Assembly (NCBI GenBank): GCA_041687695.1
Contig: JAWLBL010000038.1
Span: 1-62,705 of the forward strand
Length of the DNA stretch: 62,705 bases
Direction: 5' to 3'
Source: Myxococcota bacterium
Lineage (GTDB): Bacteria; Myxococcota_A; UBA9042; PHBI01; JAWLBL01
The notes under the pieces were generated by a model that was given only the letters and a program-made list of their open reading frames with translations, did no database searches and was not told the DNA's origin. Within the stretch, counting starts at the first letter, position 1. Each line of letters starts with the position of its first letter. Positions 31,557 to 39,567 of this stretch are shown here, piece after piece. Position numbers and translations under genes: made by a program.

Positions 31557-31945
31557 GCCCGCTTCAAGCCGGCCAGCCCCGCCTCGACCTCAGCGCCCAG
31601 CCCCCTAAAATCGCCGGCTTCCAGCCGATCAGACCCGGCACGGCCTCAGCGCAAACGCCCCTCTGGGACCGTCGGCTTCCAGCCGGCAAGACCCGCCACC
31701 GCCGCAGCGCCTACGCCCCTCTGGGACCGCCGGCTTCCAGAGGATGTCGTATTGACCCCGTCGCAGGTTGCCTTGGAGTGCTCCAGCTTGCTGGAGCCCC
31801 GGAGCCGGCGGCTTGCCGCCGGGAGCTGGCCGCCAAACCGGCGCAGCAAGCTGCGCCGAATCGGGGCTCCGGCAAGCCGGAGCACTCCGGGAGAGCTTCT
31901 GCGACACCCTCTTCCAGCCGGCAAGACCCGCCCAGGCCTCAGCGT
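31557..31945. repeat. Intergenic REP-like tandem repeats (58-bp period) between convergent genes
   Basis: Units containing CGGCTTCCAGCCG start at ~31612, 31670 and 31728, with a degenerate unit at ~31557. The third unit is interrupted. Confidence 0.8.
31740..31911. mobile_element. MITE-like insertion containing a REP doublet
   Basis: Imperfect TIRs GAGGATGTCG.../...CGACACCCTC flanked by a TTCCA duplication (31735-39, 31912-16). Internal inverted pair GGAGTGCTCCAGCTTGCTGGAGCCCC / GGGGCTCCGGCAAGCCGGAGCACTCC. Confidence 0.65.
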
Positions 31946-31991
31946 CCACTACCCTGAGCGCCCGCGCTTACGGCAACCCGCCAGCCCGACC

Positions 31992-33185
31992 TCAGATCTT
32001 GTCCAGCAGGTGCCCCAGCTTCTGCTTCTTGGTCGCCAGGTACTTGCGCGTCTGCTCGGTCGGCTCGATCTCCAGCCCCTCGCGCGCGACCACGTCCAGC
32101 CCATAGCTGGCCAGCGCGTTCACCTTGCGCGGGTTGTTCGTCATCAGCCGCACCCGGTGCACGCCCAGCGCCAGCAGCATCTGCGCGCCCAGCCCGAAGT
32201 CCCGCGAGTCCGCCGGGTGCCCCAGCTCCAGGTTCGCCTCGACCGTGTCCCGCCCCGCGTCTTGCAGCGCGTACGCCCGGATCTTGTCGACGATCCCGAT
32301 GCCGCGCCCCTCCTGCCGCAGGTACAGCAGCACCCCGCGCCCGGCCTCTCGGATCCGCCGCAGCGCCTCCTCGAGCTGCTTGCCGCAGTCGCACCGCTGC
32401 GACGCGAACACGTCGCCCGTCAGGCACTCCGAGTGCAGCCGCACCAGCACCGGCTCGCTCGAGCGCAGCTCGCCCAGCGTCAGCGCCACGTGCTGCCGCC
32501 CGCCCAGCGTGTCGACGAACACACGCGCCATGAAGTCGCCGAACGCCGTCGGCACCGTCGCCTGCGTCAGCAGCGTCACGAACGACTCGCTGGCCATCCG
32601 GTGCGCGATGAGCGCCGCGATGCTGACCTGTGGCAGCGCCAGCCGCTCGGCGATCTCGGTCAGCGCCTCGCCGGTCGCCAGCTCGCCGTCGTCGTCCAGC
32701 ACGTGGCAGAAGGTCGCCGCCGGCTTGCTGCCGGCGATGCGCGCCAGATCCAGCGTCGCCTCGGCCCACCCGGCGCGCGCCACCACCCCGCCCGGGTCGG
32801 CGATGGCCGGAAAGACGTGCCCCGGCGTCACGATGTCCTCGGGCCGCGTGTGGTGCTCGACCGCGACCTGGATGGTCCGCGCCCGGTCCGCCGCCGAGAT
32901 CCCCGTCGACACCCCCTCGCGCGCCTCGATGCTGACCGTGTAGTTCTCGCGCTCGAGCCCGGCCGGCGGCCCCTGCAGCCCCAGCCCCAGCCGCTCGGCC
33001 CGCTCGGGCAGCATCGACAGCGCCACCAGCCCACGCGCATGGTTCGCCATGAAGTTGACGGTGTCGTCGTTCGTGCGCTCGGCCGCCGCCGCCACGACCG
33101 CGCCCCGCTCGGGCCGCGTCGGGTCGGTCACCATCACGATGCGCCCCAGCCGGAACGCCTCGACCGCCTCGTGGATGCCGCTCAA
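31992..33185 (-). CDS. ribBA: RibBA-architecture protein: degenerate DHBP-synthase domain plus intact GTP cyclohydrolase II
   Basis: C-terminal 'RLHSECLTGDVF..RCDCG', 'QEGRGIG', 'MTNNPRK'; N-terminal 'TGISAADRA', 'PGHVFP'. Confidence 0.88.
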   Translation of the reverse strand: MSGIHEAVEAFRLGRIVMVTDPTRPERGAVVAAAAERTNDDTVNFMANHARGLVALSMLPERAERLGLGLQGPPAGLERENYTVSIEAREGVSTGISAADRARTIQVAVEHHTRPEDIVTPGHVFPAIADPGGVVARAGWAEATLDLARIAGSKPAATFCHVLDDDGELATGEALTEIAERLALPQVSIAALIAHRMASESFVTLLTQATVPTAFGDFMARVFVDTLGGRQHVALTLGELRSSEPVLVRLHSECLTGDVFASQRCDCGKQLEEALRRIREAGRGVLLYLRQEGRGIGIVDKIRAYALQDAGRDTVEANLELGHPADSRDFGLGAQMLLALGVHRVRLMTNNPRKVNALASYGLDVVAREGLEIEPTEQTRKYLATKKQKLGHLLDKI

Positions 33186-33212
33186 CGCCTACCTCGTCCG
33201 CCGCGCACGGCG

Positions 33213-33860
33213 CTACAGGAGCCTCTCGAGCTCCGCCCGAATCTTCCCGGTCACCGTCCCCGCCGCGTCCTCGCCGTCGATGACGACCACCCGGCCGTCG
33301 CGGTACTCGGAGATGACCTTCTCGTACCTATCGGCGACCTGCCGCTGAAACGCCAGCGTCTCGAACGACTCGCGCGCCAGGCGGCTCGCCTCGATGCGCC
33401 CCATCGCCACCTCGGGCCGCACGCGCAGGAACAGCGTCACGTCGGGCGCCAGCGCCTTGTCGTTGATCGACCGCACGAAGCGCAGGTCGCTCTGGATGCT
33501 CTGGTAGGCCAGGCTCGAGACCACGTACCGGTCGCACACGACGTGATAGCCGGCCTCGAGGTAGGGCACGATCTCGGTCTGCAGATGATCCAGGCGGTCC
33601 GCCGCGAACAGCAGCGCCACCGTGTCGGGCGCCACGGGCTGCGCGTCGCCCTTGAGCGTCCGCGAGCACAGCCGCCCACCCAGGATCTGCCGCAGCATCG
33701 ACCCGATGGGCCCGGTCGACGGCTCGGCGGTGGCCCGCACGCGCTCGCCGCGCCCGATCAGCCAGTCGACGACCTGCTTGGCCTGCGTGGTCGTGCCGGC
33801 CCCGTCGATGCCCTCGAAGACGATGAAGCTGCCGCGGGCCTGCTTGCGCTTCGAGACCAT
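33213..33860 (-). CDS. tmk: Thymidylate kinase
   Basis: 'FIVFEGIDGAGTTTQ', 'LLFAADR', 'CDRYVVSSLAYQ'. Confidence 0.92.
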   Translation of the reverse strand: MVSKRKQARGSFIVFEGIDGAGTTTQAKQVVDWLIGRGERVRATAEPSTGPIGSMLRQILGGRLCSRTLKGDAQPVAPDTVALLFAADRLDHLQTEIVPYLEAGYHVVCDRYVVSSLAYQSIQSDLRFVRSINDKALAPDVTLFLRVRPEVAMGRIEASRLARESFETLAFQRQVADRYEKVISEYRDGRVVVIDGEDAAGTVTGKIRAELERLL

Positions 33861-34696
33861 CAGGGCGCCCCGGCGGGCACCACGCCGCCGTCGCAGGGCA
33901 GGCGCTGGACCTGCATCCCCTGGGGACACGCCAGCTGGAACGCGTCGTCCTCGAGCGTCAGGTTGAGATCCACCTCGCGGTACACGATGCGCAGGTCCAC
34001 GTCGCCGCGGGTCATCGTCGCATGCAGCGCGCCCGGCATCCGGACCCCAGCGACCGTCTGCGGCTCGTCGATGACCAGCTCATACTCGCGCTTGCCGTCC
34101 CGCGTCAGGTCCGCCCGGCGCACGAGGCCGGTCCCGTGCTCGATCCACAGGCGCTGGACCTCGCTGCCCTGGCCCGACAGCGTGACCTTGTACGCGCCCA
34201 CGCGCGCGTCCCACTCGACCTCGCTGCTGGCGTGGCGGATGACGGGCGCGCCGCCCATCAGGACCGTCACCACGTCGGCGCCCTCCATGACCAGCGGCAG
34301 CATGCGGCCCACGTTCTGCGGGCAGGCCGGGCCCGTCTGGCACACCTGGCCGCCGCGCTCGAACGAGGTGAACGTCGTGCCGTCGCTGGCCAGGACGCCC
34401 AACAGATCGTCGGTGGGCGACAGCGCCGCGAAGTGCAGCGAGGCCGGCCGCCGCGCGAGCAGCGTCATCTTGCCCTTCCGCGCGCCGGCGTCGCTGTAGT
34501 AGCTGACGCGGGCCTCGACGGCGAGCGAGGTCAGGCCCTCGAGGCGCTCGCGCATCGTGGCGAGCACCGCGTCGGGGTCGGTCAGGGCGTCGCTGGGCGC
34601 GGCGACGCGCCGATCGGGGCAGCCCGCCAGCAGCGCAGCCGCCACGAGCAGGCCGCCCACGCGGGCCAGCGCCGAGCGGCGGCGCGAGGGGGTCAC
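33860..34696 (-). CDS. LolA/LolB-fold lipoprotein (DUF4292-like)
   Basis: LAGC lipobox; beta-rich body ending 'EVDLNLTLEDDAFQL'. Confidence 0.65.
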   Translation of the reverse strand: MTPSRRRSALARVGGLLVAAALLAGCPDRRVAAPSDALTDPDAVLATMRERLEGLTSLAVEARVSYYSDAGARKGKMTLLARRPASLHFAALSPTDDLLGVLASDGTTFTSFERGGQVCQTGPACPQNVGRMLPLVMEGADVVTVLMGGAPVIRHASSEVEWDARVGAYKVTLSGQGSEVQRLWIEHGTGLVRRADLTRDGKREYELVIDEPQTVAGVRMPGALHATMTRGDVDLRIVYREVDLNLTLEDDAFQLACPQGMQVQRLPCDGGVVPAGAP

Positions 34697-34700
34697 GAGG

Positions 34701-34937
34701 CTACTCGTGCTCGGCGCGGCCGGCCCACTCGCTGAGCAGATCGGTCACGTCGCGGTCGAAGGCGACCTTGCCGGCGGCGATCTCGCGGAGCGCCTTGACG
34801 GCCTCCTTGTTCTTGGGGGCGTCGACCAGCGTGTCGGCGCCCTGAGCGATCTGGCGGGCGCGCTGCGCGGCGATCATCACCAGCGCGAAGCGGTTGTCCA
34901 CGGTGTCCAGGCAATCTTCGATCGTAACGCGAGCCAT
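34701..34937 (-). CDS. rpoZ: RNA polymerase omega subunit
   Basis: '[10 protein letters not shown]...[16 protein letters not shown]...ALREIAAG'. Confidence 0.95.
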   Translation of the reverse strand: MARVTIEDCLDTVDNRFALVMIAAQRARQIAQGADTLVDAPKNKEAVKALREIAAGKVAFDRDVTDLLSEWAGRAEHE

Positions 34938-35094
34938 GCAGGGCGTCCTTCGGTGGCGAGGAGGCAGGCGGCGGAGCCTAAGGGCGCGCCCGGCGCACGT
35001 CAACAGCGAGGTTGCGTGCGTCCGAGGCGGCGGGCTGCGGAGGTCTGCTGGGAATGACGATGCGCGCCGGCGTCGCAGGTCGGCGCGAGCGACC

Positions 35095-36111
35095 TCAGAT
35101 GAAGCGGACCAGGTCGACGCTGTTGCCGGACAGGCCGACGGTCAGCTGGTCGCGGTAGCCCATGGCCTCGCCGGCCAGCTGGTAGGGCATCGGCTCGCTC
35201 AGCTCGAGGTGGACCTTGTCGACATTGAAGTCGACGAAGCCCGGGTGGCGCAGCGTGCCCTTCCACAGCTGGCGCATCTGCAGGATGAGCCGCGAGGACG
35301 GGACGTTGCACAGGCGCAGGTGGAAGCGGCTGGGGTCGACGCCGGCGTAGGGGAGCGCCTTGAGGCGGTAACCATAGAACGGGCAGGTGCCGAACATGGC
35401 GGCGTTGATGGGGCCCTCGTACAGGACCTCGCCGCGGCGGACGGTGCGCTCGACGCGCCCGCCGTCCTTGTCGGTGGCGATGGCGTAGGCCGTGTCGCCG
35501 ACGTTGGTCGCGCGGACCATGACCTTCTGTCGGCGCACCCAGCGGCCGACCATGCGGGGCACCGTGATGCCGAAGGTGGCGGCCAGGTAGCCGCTGACGT
35601 TCTGCAGCATCGGCTTGAAGACGGTGCGGCCCAGCTTGCGGCGCAGCGTCTCGAAGTCGTTGAGGATGTAGCCGTCGAGCCCCAGGCCGGCGAAGGCGAA
35701 GCGTACGCCCTCGGCCTCGCACAGCGGCAGCTCGTACGAGTCGCTCGAGGGGTTGCTGACGTAGGTGCGCAGGTCGGTCAGCGGGTCGCCACTCGAGACG
35801 ATCTCCGCCATGGCGTTGCCGGTGCCCAGGCGCAGGATGCCGATGCGCGGGGCGCCCGAACTGGCGGCCGGGGCCTCGCCGGGCATCTGGTTGATGAAGC
35901 GCGTGACCGTTCCGTCGCCGCCGCCCGTGAAGACCGTCCGATAGCCGCGGTCCAGGATCCGCTTGGCCAGGTCCTCTGCCTTGTTCGGGTCGTCGCTGAC
36001 GTAGAGGTGGTCGGGGTCCACGAGGTCGCTGATGCGGTTCAGCATGCTGCTCGAGACGCGGCGCGCGTTCGGATTGAGCAGCACGGCGAAGCGGGGGTCG
36101 GCGATGGTCAT
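35095..36111 (-). CDS. Diacylglycerol/lipid kinase family protein
   Basis: 'LLNPNA', 'GGGDGT', 'LGTGNAMA', 'FAGLGLDG'. Confidence 0.85.
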   Translation of the reverse strand: MTIADPRFAVLLNPNARRVSSSMLNRISDLVDPDHLYVSDDPNKAEDLAKRILDRGYRTVFTGGGDGTVTRFINQMPGEAPAASSGAPRIGILRLGTGNAMAEIVSSGDPLTDLRTYVSNPSSDSYELPLCEAEGVRFAFAGLGLDGYILNDFETLRRKLGRTVFKPMLQNVSGYLAATFGITVPRMVGRWVRRQKVMVRATNVGDTAYAIATDKDGGRVERTVRRGEVLYEGPINAAMFGTCPFYGYRLKALPYAGVDPSRFHLRLCNVPSSRLILQMRQLWKGTLRHPGFVDFNVDKVHLELSEPMPYQLAGEAMGYRDQLTVGLSGNSVDLVRFI

Positions 36112-36158
36112 GGTTCCACTCCTCATGAGGCCCCGGGAAGGGACCCTGCGCCCTCCCC

Positions 36159-36174
36159 TGCACGTCACGTGCCA
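36159..36174 (-). promoter_or_regulatory. Putative sigma-54 promoter of the DAG-kinase gene
   Basis: Minus strand reads TGGCACGTGACGTGCA, giving GG-N10-GC spacing about 50 bp upstream of the start. Confidence 0.55.
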
Positions 36175-36471
36175 AGCCAAGTACGCATCGAAGCGCCTTT
36201 CAATTCCACAACTTACAAAACATTCCCGCCACCAGACCGCGCCCGAGTGCGCAGCCCGGGTGCCGCCCGTCCCGATCGACTGCGAACCCGCCTTCGCACC
36301 GCCGCGCGCCCGCGCCCCGCCGCGCCACCGGCCGCAAGCCCCTGAAATTTTTCGCCTCTGCCCGAATGCCCCCCGGCCCGACCGGTTGACCGCGCTCCGG
36401 CCGAGCCGCTAGTGTGCGCCTCCAGCGAAAGGGAGAGCCGCCGCGTGGAACCTCGCCCCCCCACAGGACTC

Positions 36472-37197
36472 ATGACGAGCCAGCCGACCGACTACACGGT
36501 CCTCGTCGTCGAGGACGACCCCAACCACCAGCTCCTCATCCGCCGCGCCCTCGGCGGCGAGCGGTCCGGCTTCTCGGTGGTCCAGGTCGCCCGCGACTCG
36601 CACGAGGCCGAGCGCTTCATCCGCCAGATGCCCTTCGACTGCATCCTGGTCGACAACCGCATCCCGGGCCGCCGCGGCCTCGACCTCATCGACACCCTGC
36701 GCGACGAGGGCGTAGACGCGCCCTTCGTCCTCATGACCTCCGCGGGCACCGAGGATCTCGCCGTCCAGGCCTACCGCCGCCGCGTCGCCGACTACGTCAT
36801 CAAGCAGGTCGGCTTCTGGAAGGACCTCCCCCAGATCCTCACCCGCGTCATCCGAGAGGACCAGGTCCGCCGCCGCGAGCTCGAGCTCCGCGCCCGCCTC
36901 GAGCGCACCAACGCCCGCCTCGACGAGCTCAACACCGACGTCCAGCTCCAGAACGAGCAGCTCCGCATCGCCCAGCGCGAGCTCGAGGCCCGCCACGCCG
37001 CCCTCGACCACCTCCGCGCCCGCCTCCGCACGGACCTCCCCGGCGCCCTCGACCACCTCCAGGCCCTCGCCGCCCTCCCCCTCCCCCCCGACGCCCGCGC
37101 CCACCTCACCGCGGCCCTCGCCCCCCTGACCAACCTAGCCGCCCTCACCGAGCCGGCCCCCCCCGCCCCCGACGAGGACACCGCGCAAGCCAGTTGA
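36472..37197 (+). CDS. Response regulator (receiver domain plus coiled coil)
   Basis: 'VLVVEDD', 'ILVDNRIP', 'LMTS', 'DYVIK', followed by a heptad coiled coil. Confidence 0.88.
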   Translation: MTSQPTDYTVLVVEDDPNHQLLIRRALGGERSGFSVVQVARDSHEAERFIRQMPFDCILVDNRIPGRRGLDLIDTLRDEGVDAPFVLMTSAGTEDLAVQAYRRRVADYVIKQVGFWKDLPQILTRVIREDQVRRRELELRARLERTNARLDELNTDVQLQNEQLRIAQRELEARHAALDHLRARLRTDLPGALDHLQALAALPLPPDARAHLTAALAPLTNLAALTEPAPPAPDEDTAQAS

Positions 37198-37223
37198 CAG
37201 CCGCCCGCCAGCGGCCGTACAAC
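37194..37223 (+). promoter_or_regulatory. Sigma-70 promoter of tRNA-Gly
   Basis: TTGACA (37194-99), 18-bp spacer, TACAAC (37218-23). Confidence 0.6.
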
Positions 37224-37241
37224 CCCCCTCACACCGCCAGC

Positions 37242-37317
37242 GCGGGCGTAACTCAGCTGGTAGAGTGGCAGCTTCCCAAGCTGCAAGTCGCCGGTTCGAA
37301 TCCGGTCGCCCGCTCCA
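37242..37317 (+). tRNA. tRNA-Gly (anticodon CCC)
   Basis: 76 nt; GCGGGCG acceptor stem; GCAGC-TTCCCAA-GCTGC anticodon arm; GGTTCGAATCC T-loop; encoded CCA. Confidence 0.97.
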
Positions 37318-37347
37318 CGAAAGGCCCTGAGAAATCAGGGCCTTTCG
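37318..37347 (+). terminator. Hairpin terminator after the tRNA
   Basis: CGAAAGGCCCTGA-gaaa-TCAGGGCCTTTCG forms a perfect stem. Confidence 0.8.
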
Positions 37348-37366
37348 CATTTCGAACGTACGCACG

Positions 37367-38545
37367 ATGAGCAGCTTCCAAACGCACGAGTTCCTCGCCC
37401 TCGACCGCCGCCTGACCAGCGACGAGATGGCCGCGCTGAGGCGCATCTCGACCCGCGCACAGATCACGCCGAGCCGCTTCTTCAACAGCTACAGCTACGG
37501 TGAACTCAGGGCCGACCCGCTGGATCTTCTGGCCCGCTACTTCGACCTGTACGTGCACGAGTCGAGCTGGGGCGGCCGGCGGCTGGCACTACGTCTGCCT
37601 GCGGACGCGCTGGCCCGCGAGGACGTCGAAGCCTACTTACCGACTCGCCTCCGCGAGCAGGGCGGCTTTCTCGTCATCGAGCTCACGGCGGACGACGACG
37701 AAGGCAACTCGGACGGCTGGATCGACGAAGATGAGACCTGGGGTGCCTCCCTCGCCGGCGTCCGCGACGAGCTGCTCGCTGGCGACCTCCGGCCCCTGTA
37801 CCTGGCCTGGCTCGGCGCCTACGGGCACCTCGTGGAGTACTTCGAGGACGGGTACGAGGACGAGGAGCCCATGATGGAGCCTCCCGTCCCGCCCGGCCTC
37901 GCCGACCTGACCGAAGCACAACAGAGCCTGGCCGACTTCCTCGACCTCGACCCCTACCTCATGGCCGCGGCCGCCGAGGCCAGCCCGCCCCTCACCCCGC
38001 CCGCCGACCTCGAGGCCTTCATCGCCGCCCTCCCGCCGACCGAGAAGGACGCCCTCCTCCTCCGCGTCGCCCGAGGCGACCACGCCGGCGCCGCCGCGAC
38101 CCTGAACCGCCGCCTCCGCGACTCGGCCCGCGCCCCCTCCCCCGTCCTCCCCCCGCGCCCCCTCCCCGAGATTCAAGCCCGCGCCGAGGAGCTCTCCACC
38201 GCCGCCGCCCGCGCCGAAGCCGAGCGCGAAGCCGCCGAGCGCCGCCGCCGCGAAGCCGAAGCCGCCGTCGCCCGCGCCAAGCACCTCGACGCCTTCGCCC
38301 CCAACGCCGCCCGCGCCTGGCTCGACATCGACCAGCTCCTGAAGACCAACCGCCCCAAGGACCAGGACCAGGCCGTCCGCCTCCTCGTCGACCTCCACGA
38401 CCTCGCCCTCCGCGACGGCCCCGACCAGCAATTCGCCTTCGCCCAGCGCCTGAACGCCCTCCGCGCCGCCCACCCCTACAAGCGCGCCTTCCTCAGGAAG
38501 CTCGACGCCGGCCTGCCGCTCGTCAGCGACCTCCCCGAACGATGA
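37367..38545 (+). CDS. Conserved hypothetical protein of a type recalled from island contexts next to SWIM proteins
   Basis: N-terminus 'FQTHEFLALDRRLT..EMAALRRISTRAQITPSRF...WGGRRLALRLP', internal 'GDLRPLYLAWL'; strong codon bias. Confidence 0.75.
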   Translation: MSSFQTHEFLALDRRLTSDEMAALRRISTRAQITPSRFFNSYSYGELRADPLDLLARYFDLYVHESSWGGRRLALRLPADALAREDVEAYLPTRLREQGGFLVIELTADDDEGNSDGWIDEDETWGASLAGVRDELLAGDLRPLYLAWLGAYGHLVEYFEDGYEDEEPMMEPPVPPGLADLTEAQQSLADFLDLDPYLMAAAAEASPPLTPPADLEAFIAALPPTEKDALLLRVARGDHAGAAATLNRRLRDSARAPSPVLPPRPLPEIQARAEELSTAAARAEAEREAAERRRREAEAAVARAKHLDAFAPNAARAWLDIDQLLKTNRPKDQDQAVRLLVDLHDLALRDGPDQQFAFAQRLNALRAAHPYKRAFLRKLDAGLPLVSDLPER

Positions 38546-38664
38546 CGACCAGCTCGTCAGGCGCGCAGGTCACCGCAACTCGAGTCGACGGTGCCCGTGC
38601 CGCGCGCAACTTTCCGGGTCTTGGACCTCGTGGGCCCACGATGCGGCCTTGTGCTTTCTTCGGG

Positions 38665-38693
38665 TTGACAGGCGCGCCCCGAACGAGTTCACT
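38665..38693 (+). promoter_or_regulatory. Putative sigma-70 promoter for the 38.9-45.8 kb operon
   Basis: TTGACA (38665-70), 17-bp spacer, weak -10 TTCACT. Confidence 0.35.
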
Positions 38694-38907
38694 CAACGGT
38701 CCGTGAGCTACTCGTCTTTGCGCTCCACGAACGGGTCCGGAGCGACGGCGATGCCGGTGCGGGTAAACTCACATCGGAGATGACACGCAATTTTTCAGCC
38801 TGGCTAAGACGCCGCTTGCGTATCCACGCACGCCGTGCTCCAGCGACCTTCGAGACTCGCGAAGGGAGTGGACGTCCGAGCCTGGTTTTTCGACATAGGA
38901 GCGACCT

Positions 38908-39153
38908 ATGAGTAAGTCGAAGAGCGCGGTGGACAACCGCGCGAACCAGCTCAACCCCACTCACCCGGTGTACTACCGCTCGAGGGGCGCCTCTCCTATC
39001 GAGGCCTTGCAGCTGGCGGGGCACAGTAAGCCCGTCCTGGACAACCGGTCGCAGCAGCTCGACCCGTGCAACGTCCGCTTCCGGGCGTCGCTGGACCAGT
39101 CCCTCACGACGGTGCCGTCCTCCCCCACCAAGACCTCGGACAGGTCCGAGTGA
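38908..39153 (+). CDS. Small protein with two DNRxxQL(N/D)P repeats; candidate precursor or substrate peptide
   Basis: AGGAG RBS; repeats 'VDNRANQLNPTHPVYYRSRG' and 'LDNRSQQLDPCNVRFRASL'. Confidence 0.75.
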   Translation: MSKSKSAVDNRANQLNPTHPVYYRSRGASPIEALQLAGHSKPVLDNRSQQLDPCNVRFRASLDQSLTTVPSSPTKTSDRSE

Positions 39154-39222
39154 TCTGACTCTGCACGGGGTCGCCGTGGTGTATCCGCGCCACGGCGGCC
39201 CCATGCAGCTGGGGGGGACGAC

Positions 39223-39567
39223 ATGGACCAGCGCATCTTGGTCACGCGCTCCGTCTGGCTCGTGGGCACCGCATTGTGCCCAGCGCTCGCGACGCCCAAT
39301 TGCGAGTTCAGGGGCCTCGACACTCGCGCCAAGGGCTCGAGTCGCGGTGACGTCCGAAACGAGGCGGCGGTCGCCAACGCGGTCGCGGCTTGCGAGCGCA
39401 TCATCCATCTCGCCGCCGTCTGGCGCGTGGCCGGCTTCATCGGCTGTCCCGAACGAGCACGAACGCTCCTGGGACGGTCCGCACGTTTGTCAGTTCGCGA
39501 CCCACTGCAGCATCTCACCCGTACGCTCGGCGCCGCCGGGTCAGAACGCGTAGGGACCGTCCAATGA
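39223..39567 (+). pseudogene. NAD-dependent epimerase/dehydratase remnant (in-frame internal deletion)
   Basis: A decayed Rossmann start 'RILVT(R)SVWLVGTAL...GDVR...IIHLAAV.RV' is joined directly to a C-terminal 'FIGCPERARTLLG'. Only 114 aa, no YxxxK. ATGA-coupled to the next gene. Confidence 0.7.
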
